A stretch of 59,568 nt of DNA, counting the filler, from Basidiobolus meristosporus CBS 931.73 (Eukaryota; Fungi; Basidiobolomycota), in assembly GCA_002104905.1 (NCBI GenBank). It is 3 parts of 3 records of this genome, joined end to end, with 100 filler letters (N's around TTAATTAATTAA, not from the genome) between each part and the next. Parts side by side here need not be neighbours in the genome. Positions count along the whole stretch, not along the records: positions 47,285 to 59,568 come from MCFE01001246.1; 2 more parts are not named here. One strand, given 5' to 3'. The notes beneath the pieces are model-generated. The model was not told where the DNA came from, searched no databases, and saw only the letters and a list, made by a program, of their open reading frames with translations. A program made the translations under genes and the position numbers. Positions 56,546 to 59,568 of this stretch are shown piece after piece; the stretch's first letter is position 1; each line of letters opens with the position of its first letter.

Positions 56546-56766
56546 GTTCGCTTGCCTGGTGTCGTTGATTCAGCGTTAATGTGACGGTAGTTGTCGATAT
56601 ATGCGCATTTGAGACATGCTATTAAATCTGGGTTATTGATCGCTACTCTCCATCGTCTTTTTCGGCGTTTCCTATTGGTTACGTCAACAAATCTTGGCTT
56701 AGGTGTGGAATGTGCAACCGGGCTTAAAGCACTTCTCAGACCACTCTACATTCCAGTACTTTCAAC

Positions 56767-57673
56767 ATGGGGGTAAGCCATTTCCTTTACGAGCGGGTGG
56801 GACCGAGGTTTTTACTTACCACGTGGGGTCTAGATTAATTACATGTTATTGGTAAGCCGTCAAGGCAAAGTTCGCCTGACCAAATGGTTCGTCACCCTGT
56901 CCCAAAAAGAAAAGACCAAGATTGTCAAGGACGTATCACAGATGGTACTTGCTCGTAGAGCCAAGATGTGCAACTTCCTAGAATACAAAGGTGCTTGTTG
57001 GATAGTTGGAGTAACTTGAGGAGATGTGTTTTTTAATGTTTTCCGTTTGTTTGTTGATAGATACGAAAGTGGTATACAGAAGGTAGATATCTTATCCCGG
57101 GCGAGGAGACGTTTGCGCAGCACTAACCCGCGAATTTTTGTGCCTCTTCTTCTGCTGACCCTAGATATGCCAGTCTGTTCTTCATCGCTGGCATCGACCA
57201 AGACGATAACGAACTCATCACACTCGAGATCATTCACCGTTATGTGGAAATCCTTGACAAATATTTCGGCAACGTAAGTACCCACAACACTTCTGAGATA
57301 TCGTGAGTGTTCACTCAGACCCTCCATTTTGTTTAGGTTTGCGAATTGGATTTGATCTTCAACTTCAACAAGGTAACCCCCCCCCCCCCATTTGGACCAC
57401 TTGCACATGCACATTCAACACTCACACCGCTTATTCCAGGCCTATTTCATCCTGGACGAGCTACTTATAGTCGGAGAGCTTCAGGAATCCAGTAAGAAGT
57501 CGGTTCTGAGAATCATTGGACAACAAGACTCCATTGAGGATACTGAGAACGAGAAGCTCGAAAAGAAGTGGAGTGACCTGAAGTACGTACAATGCTCCAC
57601 CTTTACTCTCTTGAACTCACCTAACCTAACTCTGCTCCCCAGAAACGAATTCATCGAGACATTTACTTCCTAA
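56767..57673 (+). CDS. APS1: AP-1 clathrin adaptor sigma subunit, multi-exon
   Basis: Spliced [21 protein letters not shown]...KVVYRRYASLFF...[36 protein letters not shown]. Confidence 0.93.
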
Positions 57674-57762
57674 TATCACTTCCATAATGACGGCTACAAA
57701 TGAATAAACCATCATCCACTATCCAACTGATTACCGAGGTTTTTACTAAAAATTACATGGGA

Positions 57763-59568
57763 TTACACGGTCAAAGGGAGGTCATGTTCAAATGATCTCA
57801 TGGCAAGATCTCGGCCCTCCTTCAATTTACGATAGACTTTGGCGAACTTGTTACGCTCCGCAATTAAGCCCATTTGATGATAAATCCTGGATTGCAGATA
57901 TGCGCATTCCAGCCTCTCCTCTAAACACTCCAGCCGCTCAAAACCGGCATTGGCCTTCTGGAGGAACTTGAGGATGGACTCCAGTTCGACTCCCACTACT
58001 TTACCTTCTTGTGAAAATCTCAGTTAGCTTTCGGTTATTTAGATGGGAAGATTGAGTAACCATGAATACCCTTCTCCAAGGCCAGTAGCTGCGCGTATTG
58101 TCCTTTGGCATACAACAAATGCGTGGTGGATTGCAGATGAAGTGAGCCGGTGCTCAGAACCTAGAGGCAGGCGTTAGCGAGTGTACACGAGTCGCTGGAA
58201 GCTAAGGCCAGACTACCTGTGACATGATTCGGTCAATGATTTCGATTGCTCGCTCGGCCATGCCCAGGCATAGAAATATTTCAGCCAGACGCACTTGGGT
58301 CATGTACAAGTCCTCCATAACATGGAACTTCTCACTCAATGTCAGGCACGTCAGAACCAGGGGAAGGGCAGGGATCGGATTCCCAGATTTCTAAACAATG
58401 CGGCATCAGGATGGAGTTCAATTGGCAGCAAACGAGAAGTCGTACCAGATGATACTCCGCAAACTTGAGTAGGTATTGCGTTTGATTTTGATGGCGAATG
58501 GTGGTGTTGCTATGTTCGGTGCTTCCATCGATCATGGCGTAGAGCTTGCCCACGGCACGAACAACGTCCCCGCATTGCAGGCCGTTTAGCACATCTCTGT
58601 ATTCAGCATCGGTGCCCATGGGGGTGTTTTCGTCCATCACGGTTCTAAGCCATCTAGTGATACTACTGGCTACCAGCCGCTCTTCCCTGCAACCGCATTC
58701 AACCAGTCAGTGCGAAGCCAATAGGCATGGTCAAGCAACCAACCTCACCTGAAGTATGCACGCTGGTGCAAGATTTGCCCCAAGCACTGGGCCCATGGGA
58801 AGAGTGCCCCATGCTCATGGCCGAATTGCTCCTTGACTGCATCCAAGATCTCGATGGCTTGGTCGTATTGTCCTTGCAAAGCGTGCTGGTTTCACCAATC
58901 TCAGTACCATTCCTGGGCCAGATTCCCTACGATCTCTTACCTGATACGCAAGCTTGCAATGGCCTATGGCTGCGTCATCCGCGACAACGTCTTTCTCATG
59001 ATACGTGATTTGTAACTGGGTGTATAGTGAAGATAATGCTGCGCTACCTGCCAGACAAACAATTCAGTCTCGCTTCGCTCAAGAATTGCTGCCTCCTACT
59101 CACCATATACGCTCCAAGCACTAGCATACATCAAATCAGTGGTCCCAACTATCCCCTGCAATCCATTGTTGATGTTCAGCGAGGAGCTTTTGATCAGGGA
59201 CTCAAAGCATTCCACCGGGTCGTGTTTCTGAAGAGCAGAGGTTCGTTAGAGTGGGCGGAGACGGATTGAAGCGTGAGGGAAATACGCACGACTTCCAGTG
59301 CAAGGCGTGCTTTGGACAATTCACACATGGTTTGTATGTATGTTAGGTTCAACTGCTTGCTCTTCTCAATCAATGAGTCGATCTTGGTCATTTCAGAGTT
59401 CTTGTCGTCATTGGATTTACTGGAAGAACGGGTACGCTCGAGTCGATACAGCCAACTGATGGGTGGGTTAGCTGGAATTGATGGGTGAAGTGTGCAGTTC
59501 AGCACGCATACCTGGAGAGCATGGCTGAGGCATTCTTCGTCCTTGTTTTCGTGGGCAATCTCAATGGT
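57763..59568 (-). CDS. APC5: Anaphase-promoting complex subunit 5 (3' part; the gene continues beyond the window)
   Basis: TPR exons GQYDQAIEILDAVKEQF..W, LAEIFLCLGMAERA and C-terminal AYLQSRIYHQMGLIAERNKFAKVYRKL resemble APC5 (YFQARLYHTLGKTQERNRCAMLFRQL). Confidence 0.75.

Overview
Fungal genomic DNA (short GT-AG introns with CTAAC-type branch points, TTAGGG telomere); the species cannot be assigned from sequence alone. The window is three contigs joined by artificial 100-bp N/TTAATTAATTAA/N linkers, so adjacency across 17077-17176 and 47185-47284 is not biological. Contig 1 (1-17076) is a CpG-depleted transposon nest: a young gag+protease-only LTR element, decayed and near-intact Ty1/copia elements, and CACTA-like remnants. 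Contig 2 (17177-47184) is a chromosome end. It carries a class V aminotransferase, a ~1030-aa Kex2-type repeat polyprotein releasing 11 cationic amphipathic peptides, an SDR-like gene, synaptobrevin, a Cu-ATPase pseudogene, a KP4 killer-toxin homolog and a stomatin. It ends in a head-to-tail stack of four non-LTR retroelement units sharing a structured 3' end that terminates in CCCTAA-like sequence, then (TTAGGG)n. Contig 3 (47285-59568) has repeat debris, an R/Y-rich repeat protein, a secreted Thr-rich/Cys-rich protein and a dense block of conserved genes (SRAP/HMCES, SDH4, F-box/RCC1, AP-1 sigma, APC5). The two strongest candidates for an undescribed system are the antimicrobial-peptide-like polyprotein and the telomere-attached LINE-type retroelement array.
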